Source: an uncultured Clostridia bacterium (GTDB lineage Bacteria > Bacillota > Clostridia > TANB77 > CAG-508). From it: a stretch of DNA of 64,000 bases. The stretch covers positions 8,847 through 72,846 of the forward strand of contig CAJUSU010000003.1 of assembly GCA_910589185.1 (NCBI GenBank). The letters are read 5' to 3'. This document shows, piece after piece, positions 39,108 through 48,163 of this stretch (its first letter is position 1; every line of letters begins with the position of its first letter). Both the position numbers and the translations under genes were made by a program. The notes under the pieces are model-generated. The model was not told the DNA's origin. It was given only the letters and a program-made list of their open reading frames with translations, and made no database searches.

Positions 39108-40883
39108 TTATTTACCTTCTTTTGCTTGATTACTCTCAATATATTCTACAGTTCTTTTGAAACCTTCTTCTATTGTTATGGTTGGTTTCCAACCTAAAGC
39201 TCTGATTTTTTCACTATTAATAGTTCCTAACTTAAATGGTGCTACTCCTTTTTGGTTCTCCTCTATTTTCATTTCTACTTTCAATTTTCTTTCTGGATAT
39301 AGCCCTACTAATAACTCTGCCAATCCCTTTATTGTAATTTTTGCTTGTTCATCAGCAACATTATATGCTATATCATCAGCTTCTAATAACACAAAGAAAA
39401 TTCCTGCTACTACATCTCTAATGTAAGTATAAGTCCTTAGAGACTCACCTGTACTTTTCATTAAAATATTTTGATGTTCTACTACATTTTTTAAAAAGTC
39501 AGCTTGCACTCTTCCATCATGAATTGACATTCCTGGTCCATAGGTATGTGCTGGTCTTACAATTTTTGCATTTACTCCATATTGCTCTCTAAAGGTAACA
39601 CACATATTTTCGGCTGCTCTTTTTCCTTCTGGATAACATGACCTTGGAAGTAATGGATCTATAAATCCATAGGTATCCTCTCTAAACTCTTCTTGCCATT
39701 CATAAGGTTCTCCATAAACTTCTCTAGAAGAAATAAATACATAAGATTTTACATTACTTTTTTTAGCTAGTTTTAATGTATTATACGTTCCTAAAGTATT
39801 TGCCATTAAAGTGTCCACTGGAGCATCTTTCATTATCTTAGGACTTGCAGGACTTGCCGCATGAATAATATAGTCTACTTTGTCATCATAGTTAATTCTG
39901 TCACATACGTCTTGCTCTAACACAATAATATCATCTCTATTTTTTAAATATCCTGTAATTTTATTTCTATCTCTTACTAAAGCAACTATCTTAATATTTA
40001 AAGATCTTAAGTCATTTAATATAGCTAAAGTGTATAAAAGATAGGTTCCTATCATTCCACTAGCACCAGTAATTAATACAGTAGAATTTTCTAATTTTTT
40101 AAAGTTAATAGGATTATCTAAGATATGATTAATGTCTTCCTCTATAATTTTGTTTAGCTCATTCTCTGACCTATACTCATCTTTTTTATATTTGTATAAT
40201 GCTTGAATAAGATAATAATCTGTTGGAGTAGTTACTTTGATATTGTTTCTTGGTCCCATTGTCATATGTACAGGATAACCATTATTTCTCATTAAATTGC
40301 AAGAATCTACTGCACCATCATAACCTTTCTCAGTCTGTCTTACCTTTTGATGAACTTCTACAATTTGCCCTAGTCTAAAGCATTGTGGCGCTTGAGCGGT
40401 ATACATTTCGCTTCTCTTTGGTACTTCTTCTACCAATTCTCCATTGCTACTTTGGATAGCAGTTTCAAAACAAGGTGTTACTGTAATAGAAGTACCATAT
40501 TTTTCAACATCTTCAATATTTTGATTAATTAGTTCTTGACTAATAAAAGGTCTTACACCATCATGAATTAATACAATAGAATCTTTTGGATTTTCTTCAT
40601 AGGCAGCATATAAAGCATTAAAAATAGAATCTTGTCCGCTTTCTCCACCTTTTACAATTTTAGCTACCTTTTTTATTCCAGATTGTTCAATTTCCTCTTT
40701 TAAATAATCAATCCAGTCTTCTTTACAAGCAATATAAATTTTATCTATTTGCTTATTAATTTCAAAATTCTCTAGTGTCTTCACAATAATTGTTTTTCCC
40801 TCAATTTTCAAAAACTGTTTTGGTAGCCCATGAGTTTTCATTCTCGTACCACTACCTCCTGCAAAGATAATCGCTATATTCAT
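39108..40883 (-). CDS. Bifunctional cytidylyltransferase (IspD/TarI-like) plus SDR reductase: Bcs1-like CDP-ribitol synthase, putative
   Basis: The N-terminus AIIFAGGSGTRM...LPKQFL is IspD/TarI-like. The C-terminal half has a Rossmann motif VLITGASGMIGTYL and an SDR extended-family layout. Confidence 0.7.
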   Translation of the reverse strand: MNIAIIFAGGSGTRMKTHGLPKQFLKIEGKTIIVKTLENFEINKQIDKIYIACKEDWIDYLKEEIEQSGIKKVAKIVKGGESGQDSIFNALYAAYEENPKDSIVLIHDGVRPFISQELINQNIEDVEKYGTSITVTPCFETAIQSSNGELVEEVPKRSEMYTAQAPQCFRLGQIVEVHQKVRQTEKGYDGAVDSCNLMRNNGYPVHMTMGPRNNIKVTTPTDYYLIQALYKYKKDEYRSENELNKIIEEDINHILDNPINFKKLENSTVLITGASGMIGTYLLYTLAILNDLRSLNIKIVALVRDRNKITGYLKNRDDIIVLEQDVCDRINYDDKVDYIIHAASPASPKIMKDAPVDTLMANTLGTYNTLKLAKKSNVKSYVFISSREVYGEPYEWQEEFREDTYGFIDPLLPRSCYPEGKRAAENMCVTFREQYGVNAKIVRPAHTYGPGMSIHDGRVQADFLKNVVEHQNILMKSTGESLRTYTYIRDVVAGIFFVLLEADDIAYNVADEQAKITIKGLAELLVGLYPERKLKVEMKIEENQKGVAPFKLGTINSEKIRALGWKPTITIEEGFKRTVEYIESNQAKEGK

Positions 40884-43620
40884 TTTCTGCTCCTTTCTCT
40901 TCTATATTTTTTTGTTCTTTTTTGATCAATTTATTTTGGATACTTTGATAAATTCTTTCACAATTGTTGTAATCATCATAAGCAAAAAAGTCATTGGCTC
41001 TTCTAATATACTCTTCTTCTATTTTGCAATCTTGTTTCATATACTCACATAAAACATTAACAATTTTATCATTTGTTTTACAAATTGGTCCAAATCCCAT
41101 TGTCTCATAGTCTAATTCACTTGTTTCATAATGTGGTGGCAATTCATCAGGATGATAATACACAATTGGTTTCCTCATATAAGCAAAATCGAATTGTACT
41201 CCTGAATAGTCTGTAACCATTAAACTAGCTTCTGTTAACATTTTTTCATAATTCACATTATCTGTTGCTGCTAATAGTTCCACATAATCATTTCTATCAT
41301 AATCATCAATTTGTGAGCTTGTACACGGATGTAAAACATAAATAATTTTATAACCATATTCCTTTGCTGTGCTAATAAGTCTTTCATCATTAATTAATGT
41401 ATTATATATTTTGAAATAGTCTGAATTTTTAAAACTGTCGTTATGCTGTCTCGCTTCCCCATATTTAGGAGAAGGAAGTGTCAGGTATCTTCTCCAAGTT
41501 GGCGTAATTAAAATTTGTTTTTGATTTTTATCTTTCAATCCATCATATCTGGCTAAACCCGTCATTTCTATGTGCTTTTCTTGAAAATCATACATTGCAT
41601 TATTTAACAAATTATGTACTTCATACTTGGAAGCACAGCAATATAATTTGGTATTATCTACTAATCTATTTTGATATTGCGCAATTTCTTGAATAGTCAA
41701 ACCATGTTGTATACATACAATTTCTGCATCAAACAAATCACAAATATATAATTTTGATTTTTTAGAACTAAAGCCACAGTAAGATATTGCATTAGCATGA
41801 GTAGCTAAGATAACAGTCGCTAATAATGACATTAATTTATGTTTGAAAGTCCCATATAATAGAAGATTAGCATTTTCTTCTCTTTTTAACCTTTCATAAT
41901 CTAAGGCTTCTTTCTTGATAACATAATACATCTTTACATCTGAATGATTTTCTTTAACATGTCTATAAATATATTCCCCATTATCTCCTGCTTTATACAA
42001 TTTATCATAAGTAATCCATATTTGTCTGTTCTTGTAAAATGGCTTCACTATCCAATAAGCTAGTCTCAATGTAAAATATTTTAAAGTAACTGGTAAATGG
42101 TTTGTTCGTACTATCCTTGCTGCAAAGAACTTTAATTCTTTTACTATTCCTGAAAATATTCTTTTTCTTTCAATAACTAAGCGTTCTCTTTTATTGCACA
42201 AATAATAGTCATCATTTATTTTCCAATAAGAATATCTTGAATTGGTTAGGCGTGCTTGTGGCTTTTCATATCGTATATTCATTTTATATTCTTTTTCTTG
42301 ATAGATAACATAAAATTCTATATTGCCTTTTTGTTCTAATGGAATATCCATATGGAAAAATATTTTCTTTGCTATAGTTACACCATAAACTTTTACCAAT
42401 GGATAACATTCTGTCTTAATTGCCTTGATTGTTTTTCCATTATATTTTGCAATAACTTCTATATCGTCTCTTTTTAGAAAATCTTGCATACTAATTGAAA
42501 AGTCCATATTCAATACTTTATCTTCAAAATTAATAGCATACATATTTAATTTTTCTTGTTCTAATTCACTAACTAAATATTCTTTCTTGTTTTCCTGCAA
42601 ATATATCTTTTTGTCATCTATTACTATATTTGTCTCTACATTTAATTTACTGTTTTTTAGTAAAACAAATTGGTAAGCTAACCACCTAGGCATCTTAAAT
42701 AACAGATATTTATCCTTTTCTATGATTAAATCTGTATCAATATAGGTTAGTGCAATCGCTGTACTGTCTAGAAAAGCTTGAACCTCTTCTTTGTCCAATA
42801 ACATTTTATTTCTATCATTTAAATTACAATTATATTTTTCATATATGTAATATAACATTGCTTCTTGTATAAAAGTTGGAACTTGCCTAACCTTTTCAAG
42901 TATTTGTGTTAAAAATGGAATTACAAATTGAGTAAGAGATACTTGATACCACTGCTTCTCATTCTGCATGTTATTTGTTCCAATGTCATCTTCTTTCGGT
43001 ATGGTATAATATACAGATTTATGATTGATTAAATAATAAGATGGGTGCTGTAACAAAATTTCTAGCAATAATTTGATTTTAGCATCTTCAAAATACATTG
43101 TTTCGTCCATTTGCTTGATGTAGTCTTTATGAAAAAAATATGCTGGTAAAATCATTCTTAGCTCTAATGGACTTTTTATTAAATCTATGCTTAAATTTTT
43201 ATTAGAACTAGAACATTTTTTATAGGTCTTTTTCTCTTCACTTTGCATATAGCAAGGTTTTAAACATATTATTTTAGCATGTTCCTTTTGGATATGTTTT
43301 TGTACACTTGCTATTGCACCTTTCTCATATTTTATGCCTTGTTCTGCAAAGCTAATATAATCTCCTGTTGCTTTTTTTAATCCAATATTATATGCTTCAT
43401 TTTTACTTTTATTTTTTGCATCTACATAAATAATAGTAGGATATTTTACTAAAACTTCTTCTAGTTCTTTACCTGCTTTATTTCCTTCTGTATTATCTAA
43501 TAAAATAATTTCTATATTTGATTTCACTAAATTAGAAATGGTGTCTTCTATATCTTCACTTGTTTCTAATAGCATTAATATTGAAAATCTATTTTCCACT
43601 CCTTTAAAAGCTCCTTCCAT
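40852..43620 (-). CDS. Fusion protein: GT2-like glycosyltransferase N-terminal domain plus TagF-like CDP-glycerol/ribitol phosphotransferase C-terminal domain
   Basis: 922 aa. The C-terminal motifs IQHGLT, ITPTWRR, VLHP and TDYSGVQFDFAYM are TagF-like. The N-terminal ~220 aa resemble a GT-A fold (weak). Confidence 0.65.
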   Translation of the reverse strand: MEGAFKGVENRFSILMLLETSEDIEDTISNLVKSNIEIILLDNTEGNKAGKELEEVLVKYPTIIYVDAKNKSKNEAYNIGLKKATGDYISFAEQGIKYEKGAIASVQKHIQKEHAKIICLKPCYMQSEEKKTYKKCSSSNKNLSIDLIKSPLELRMILPAYFFHKDYIKQMDETMYFEDAKIKLLLEILLQHPSYYLINHKSVYYTIPKEDDIGTNNMQNEKQWYQVSLTQFVIPFLTQILEKVRQVPTFIQEAMLYYIYEKYNCNLNDRNKMLLDKEEVQAFLDSTAIALTYIDTDLIIEKDKYLLFKMPRWLAYQFVLLKNSKLNVETNIVIDDKKIYLQENKKEYLVSELEQEKLNMYAINFEDKVLNMDFSISMQDFLKRDDIEVIAKYNGKTIKAIKTECYPLVKVYGVTIAKKIFFHMDIPLEQKGNIEFYVIYQEKEYKMNIRYEKPQARLTNSRYSYWKINDDYYLCNKRERLVIERKRIFSGIVKELKFFAARIVRTNHLPVTLKYFTLRLAYWIVKPFYKNRQIWITYDKLYKAGDNGEYIYRHVKENHSDVKMYYVIKKEALDYERLKREENANLLLYGTFKHKLMSLLATVILATHANAISYCGFSSKKSKLYICDLFDAEIVCIQHGLTIQEIAQYQNRLVDNTKLYCCASKYEVHNLLNNAMYDFQEKHIEMTGLARYDGLKDKNQKQILITPTWRRYLTLPSPKYGEARQHNDSFKNSDYFKIYNTLINDERLISTAKEYGYKIIYVLHPCTSSQIDDYDRNDYVELLAATDNVNYEKMLTEASLMVTDYSGVQFDFAYMRKPIVYYHPDELPPHYETSELDYETMGFGPICKTNDKIVNVLCEYMKQDCKIEEEYIRRANDFFAYDDYNNCERIYQSIQNKLIKKEQKNIEEKGAENEYSDYLCRR

Positions 43621-44357
43621 TATTTCTTTTTGTAGGTCTCCTCATATTTGATAATTGTTTCATCTATTGTTCCATCATAAATTAGTTTTCCATCTTTCAT
43701 TAGTAATCCTCTCTTGCAAAATTCTTTTGCCACACTTGTTACATGAGTTACTAATAATAAGGTAATATTATCATTGCTGGTAATTTCATTTACTTTTTTG
43801 ACACATTTTCTTTTAAATTCTTCATCACCAACACTTAAAGCTTCATCTACAATTAAAATTTCTGGTCTAATATTTACGTTAATAGAAAAACCTAACCTTG
43901 CCTTCATACCACTTGAATAAGTTCTTACTGGTTGGTCTATATACTCTTCTATTTCAGCAAAATCAATAATCTTTTGTTCTAATTCTCTAATTTCTTTATC
44001 TTTAATTCCTAATAGTTGTCCTTTTAAGTAAATATTCTCTCTACCAGTAAATTCCGGGTCAAACCCTGATGTTAACTCTAACAAAGCACTTACCCTACCA
44101 TTTACTGTTATATCTCCTGTTGTTGGAAAACATACACCAGTTATCATTTTTAAAATAGTAGACTTTCCTGCCCCATTTCTTCCTAATAGTGCTACTGCTT
44201 CTCCTCTTTTTATTTCAAAAGAAACATCATTAACTGCCTTTTTTTCTTTATATTTTATCTTTTTACAAAATGTATATAATAGTCTCTTTTTATCATTTTT
44301 AAATAATTTATACATTTTAGTTACATGATCAAACTTAATTACAATTTCTTCTTTCAC
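43620..44357 (-). CDS. tagH: Teichoic acid export ABC transporter ATP-binding protein
   Basis: Walker A GRNGAGKST, signature YSSGMKARLGF, Walker B LIVDEALSVGD; adjacent to tagG. Confidence 0.88.
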   Translation of the reverse strand: MKEEIVIKFDHVTKMYKLFKNDKKRLLYTFCKKIKYKEKKAVNDVSFEIKRGEAVALLGRNGAGKSTILKMITGVCFPTTGDITVNGRVSALLELTSGFDPEFTGRENIYLKGQLLGIKDKEIRELEQKIIDFAEIEEYIDQPVRTYSSGMKARLGFSINVNIRPEILIVDEALSVGDEEFKRKCVKKVNEITSNDNITLLLVTHVTSVAKEFCKRGLLMKDGKLIYDGTIDETIIKYEETYKKK

Positions 44358-44371
44358 GCTTTCAAACTCCT

Positions 44372-45179
44372 TTAATTTAATACATCTGGAATTTCTTTTC
44401 TTAACTTTTTATAAGTCCAAATTGCTAAAACAAGCAATAGGATAGTAATTACAACAAAATACAATAATCTTTTTGGTTGCTCCCAAAACCAAGTTTCATT
44501 AATAAAACAATTTCTAAATCCATTTGTCAAAAAGGTAACTGGATTTATCATTAACAATTTTTTTATCCACCCTATCTTAATTGTCTCTGGATTCCAAAGA
44601 ATACCTGATAGCCAAAAAACAGCTGTTATCATTGATTTTACTAGATTTGCAAAATCCTTGCTCATTGCTGAAAGAAGGGATGCAAATAAACTCCAAATAG
44701 TGAAAAATAAGAACATCAATATCATATAAAATGGTAGTTGCAATAAATAAATACTTGGTGGATATCCCATAGCAATAAAAATTCCAATCATAATTGCCAT
44801 TAATATAAGGTGAATAATGAATTTTGAAATACTTACAAAGGTAGGAATAGTAGCTATTGGAAATTTCATTTTTGTTACCAAATAACTATATTTACGTATA
44901 GTATCTGTTCCCGCTGTTAGCATATCATTCATGTAGAACCATGGCATTACTCCTGCAATCAACCACAAAAAGAACGGAAATCCGATTCACATCTTTCCCC
45001 GCTCTTAGTCCAATCTCAAAAGCAAACCAGTACACAAAAATAGTAACAGCAGGTTTAATAATGGCCCATGACCATCCAAGTGCTGCCCCTCTATATGTCT
45101 TTACTAAGTCAGCTTTTGCTAATTTTAAAATTTGTTGTCTATATGTTTTATGCTCTTTTAGTATATTTCCTAATATCAT
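44372..45179 (-). pseudogene. tagG: Teichoic acid export ABC permease TagG, frame-shifted near 44984
   Basis: The N-terminal ORF (start ATG 45179 with an AAGGAG RBS; MILGNILKEHKTYRQQI...WFAFEIGLRAGKDVN) runs out of frame. The remainder (FPFFLWLIAGVMPWFYMND...) continues in another frame. Deleting one base from AAT-C-GGATTTCCG restores ...DVNGFPFFLWLIAG..., which parallels B. subtilis TagG HGVPFVYWLLVG (from memory). Confidence 0.8.
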
Positions 45180-45238
45180 AAATGAATTTCTCCTTTTGTA
45201 TTGGCTTTTATCATTTTGCACAATTTTATCATTAATTT

Positions 45239-46270
45239 CTAAATATTACAAGCTTTTTCATATTCTTCTTGGTCTTGTTTCCATTGTCGATAATTAGGAT
45301 CATTTCTATGGTCTGGCAAAGAATAATTTTCTTTCAAATAATTTCCTACATATTTTGTCACCTTCTTAGCCCCATAAATATTCATATGTATTCCCTTATC
45401 GCTTGTATCTGTTTTCCAATCAATCCCCATTTCGCTTACCACTTTATTCAAATCTAAAAATGGCACATTATTTTTAACTGCCCATTTCGTCATTTCTTGT
45501 TGTTTTGTCTTATTCCATACCTTTGGTGCAGGCATTTCTAGTAATAATAACGGAATACCATTTTCTTGACATAACTCTTTTATTTTTAGAAGATACTTTT
45601 CTGACTCTGGTGTTATCTTGTTAGTTTTATCTTCTTTTTGTAAATAATTGTTATCACCTTTATAAGCCTTCTTTTTTTTGATTAAAACATATCCTTTTTT
45701 AGCATAATGATAATTCTCATTTGCCATTTTAAAATCTTCTTCATCTAGTTCACTCCATCTACTATGATATTTAAAAATAGGAAATAAATAAGAAGCTATT
45801 TCTTCTGTTGTATTTTTTTGTACAGGGTCCATCACTGCCTCTATTTTATTCATACTTAATGGCATATTATCATACAAATGGCTTTTAAAGAATTTGCTTA
45901 ATGGCTTTGCATCAAACGCTTGGTCTGCATTTAATATAATCACTTTGGGCTTTTGATATTTTAAAGCTTCCTTCATGCAATAATAACTATCCCAAATTTT
46001 TTGGCCAGGTGAGGCAAAATCATAGCTAGTAAATCCATGTTCTTCCCACATTTCAATAGGTGATATAGATTTATAAATTGAACTTTCTCCTATAAAAACA
46101 GCATCTAAGCTATTTTCTGGTTCATCATAAAATCCTTGTATAATTGCTCGATAAAACCCTTTTTTACTATTCCCTGTTTTTGGTACAAAAAGTGGTGATA
46201 GAAATAAAAATAACAAAATTCCTATCATAAAAAATATCAATGCCCTCATTACTATTACTAGTTTTTTCAT
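45239..46270 (-). CDS. DltD-like / SGNH-type membrane-anchored acyl-transfer protein
   Basis: Start at ATG 46270 with a GGAGGG RBS (MKKLVIVMRALIFF...). It has a TM anchor, FIGESS near the N-terminus and DKGIHMN near the C-terminus (SGNH block I/V-like). Confidence 0.6.
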   Translation of the reverse strand: MKKLVIVMRALIFFMIGILLFLFLSPLFVPKTGNSKKGFYRAIIQGFYDEPENSLDAVFIGESSIYKSISPIEMWEEHGFTSYDFASPGQKIWDSYYCMKEALKYQKPKVIILNADQAFDAKPLSKFFKSHLYDNMPLSMNKIEAVMDPVQKNTTEEIASYLFPIFKYHSRWSELDEEDFKMANENYHYAKKGYVLIKKKKAYKGDNNYLQKEDKTNKITPESEKYLLKIKELCQENGIPLLLLEMPAPKVWNKTKQQEMTKWAVKNNVPFLDLNKVVSEMGIDWKTDTSDKGIHMNIYGAKKVTKYVGNYLKENYSLPDHRNDPNYRQWKQDQEEYEKACNI

Positions 46271-46292
46271 TTTCCCTCCTACTGTTTTCTCA

Positions 46293-47885
46293 TTAAAATT
46301 GTCCATAAATAAAATCACTTGCCGCATATCCTGGTCCATAAACTCCAAAAATGATAATGGCAAATAGAATGGCATAATAAAGTAGCCACCTAAAAGGCAA
46401 ATTTTGCTTTGCTATTGCCTCACGAATATGATATCCTTTTTCTTGTAATAATCCCACAACAAACATTAAAATAATTCCTACAATTAGTACAACAAAATCA
46501 TGTGGAATATATCCTATATTAAACAAACTTCCGTCAAATAGAGAACCAATTCCCTGCCATGTAAAGATAGAGCAAAACATCTTCCAAGCATCTAACAATC
46601 TATGTGACCTAAAAATCATCATTCCAATAAATACTATTATCGTAGTTCTAAACATCTGCCATAAGCGATAACTAAAAGCTTTTGTGTTGACTTTTAAAAG
46701 GTTTAAAACCTTATTACTCAACGGCTCTAATAACATTCCTATCATCATAATAATATAGTAATATAATCCATAAAAAATATATTTCCAACTAGCACCGTGC
46801 CAAATACCATTTCCAAGCCATACAAAAAACAAAGCAAAAGCAACTGGTATTAATTTTGATAAATATGTATTCTTAAAAATTTTTTTAGCACCATTTGTAA
46901 GGTGCACAGTAAACTTTGAAAAAGAAATTGGATAAAAAATATAATCTTTTAGCCATGCTCCCAAAGTAATGTGCCATCTTCTCCAGAATTCTTGCACTGA
47001 CGTTGAAAAAAATGGTCTTTTAAAGTTTTCCGCCATTTCAATTCCCATCATTTGTGCAGTACCTCTTACAATATCCATACAGCCTGAGAATTCTGCATAA
47101 ATTTGTACTGTGTATAAAATAATCGCCAGAACAATTGTAACCCCTGTGTAATTCGCATAATGTGCAAATACTTCATTAACAAATAGACCCGCTCGATCTG
47201 CAATAACCATTTTCTTGAAATAGCCCCATAACATTAATTGAATACCAAACTTTAAGTTTTTATATTGAAATTTATGTGGTTTATATAATTGATGCGCTAA
47301 ATGTTCATATCTTCCAATAGGTCCTTCTACAATTTGTGGAAAGAAAGATACAAATAAAGCTACTCTTCCAATATTTTTATCTGGCTCATATTTTCCTCTA
47401 TACACATCAATCACATAACTAATCGCTTGTAAAGTATAGTAAGAAATTCCTAATGGTAATATAAATTTTTGGAATGGTATTTCTATTTGAAAATGGCATA
47501 ATGCAAATAAACTATTTAAGTTTCCTGCTATAAAATTAAAATATTTCAAACACGCTAAAAAGCCAAAATTAATGAAAATAGCTAAGAAAACTACCCATTT
47601 TTTCTTTGTTTTGGCTCTATGTTTTATTTTCTTTTTTACTTCTTTTTCTTCAATCTCTTTACATTTATCTTTTGCTTTGTTATCAATTTTTCCTAATAGT
47701 AAAGCAGTTAGATAAATAGATATCGTAGTGAATAGTAAAAATACAATTAGCTTATTACTTGCTAGGAAATAATAAATATAACTAGCTATTAATAATACTA
47801 CCCATTTCGCTTTTTTAGGAAAAATGTAATATAAGATACATACTATTGCCACAAAAGCAACAAAATATAATGAATTGATTGACAT
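46293..47885 (-). CDS. MBOAT family O-acyltransferase (DltB/AlgI/PatA-like), 530 aa
   Basis: Polytopic protein with the conserved MBOAT region FWRRWHITLGAWLKDYIFYP including the catalytic His. Confidence 0.85.
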   Translation of the reverse strand: MSINSLYFVAFVAIVCILYYIFPKKAKWVVLLIASYIYYFLASNKLIVFLLFTTISIYLTALLLGKIDNKAKDKCKEIEEKEVKKKIKHRAKTKKKWVVFLAIFINFGFLACLKYFNFIAGNLNSLFALCHFQIEIPFQKFILPLGISYYTLQAISYVIDVYRGKYEPDKNIGRVALFVSFFPQIVEGPIGRYEHLAHQLYKPHKFQYKNLKFGIQLMLWGYFKKMVIADRAGLFVNEVFAHYANYTGVTIVLAIILYTVQIYAEFSGCMDIVRGTAQMMGIEMAENFKRPFFSTSVQEFWRRWHITLGAWLKDYIFYPISFSKFTVHLTNGAKKIFKNTYLSKLIPVAFALFFVWLGNGIWHGASWKYIFYGLYYYIIMMIGMLLEPLSNKVLNLLKVNTKAFSYRLWQMFRTTIIVFIGMMIFRSHRLLDAWKMFCSIFTWQGIGSLFDGSLFNIGYIPHDFVVLIVGIILMFVVGLLQEKGYHIREAIAKQNLPFRWLLYYAILFAIIIFGVYGPGYAASDFIYGQF

Positions 47886-47895
47886 TGTTTTTCTC

Positions 47896-48120
47896 CTAAT
47901 CCTCTAATTTTTGAATTAGCTCATACATAGCTTGTATGGAGTTAAAGTTTTCTGGAACAATATCTCCTGCTCCTATTTCAATGTCAAATTCATCGTTAAT
48001 AGCTGATACAATTGATACGATATCAAAAGAATCTAGTTCTTCATTATCTATCAAATGTTCATTTCCTTCAAAATTCACTTCTGGCTTGATTTTCTTTAAT
48101 AATTTTAGTAATTCCTCCAT
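47896..48120 (-). CDS. dltC: D-alanyl carrier protein-like acyl carrier protein
   Basis: 74 aa with phosphopantetheine attachment context ELDSFDIVSIV. Confidence 0.8.
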   Translation of the reverse strand: MEELLKLLKKIKPEVNFEGNEHLIDNEELDSFDIVSIVSAINDEFDIEIGAGDIVPENFNSIQAMYELIQKLED

Positions 48121-48163
48121 TTTCTTTTCTAACCTCTTTTGGTTAGTTTCGCCCCCATTTCTT

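Noticed and set aside
46271-46375. An N-terminal extension of the DltD-like ORF (MPFYLPLSF...) overlapping the MBOAT gene by 83 nt.
   Set aside because: An internal ATG at 46270 has a strong GGAGGG RBS and starts with a typical signal-anchor (MKKLVIVMRALIFF). The extension has no RBS.
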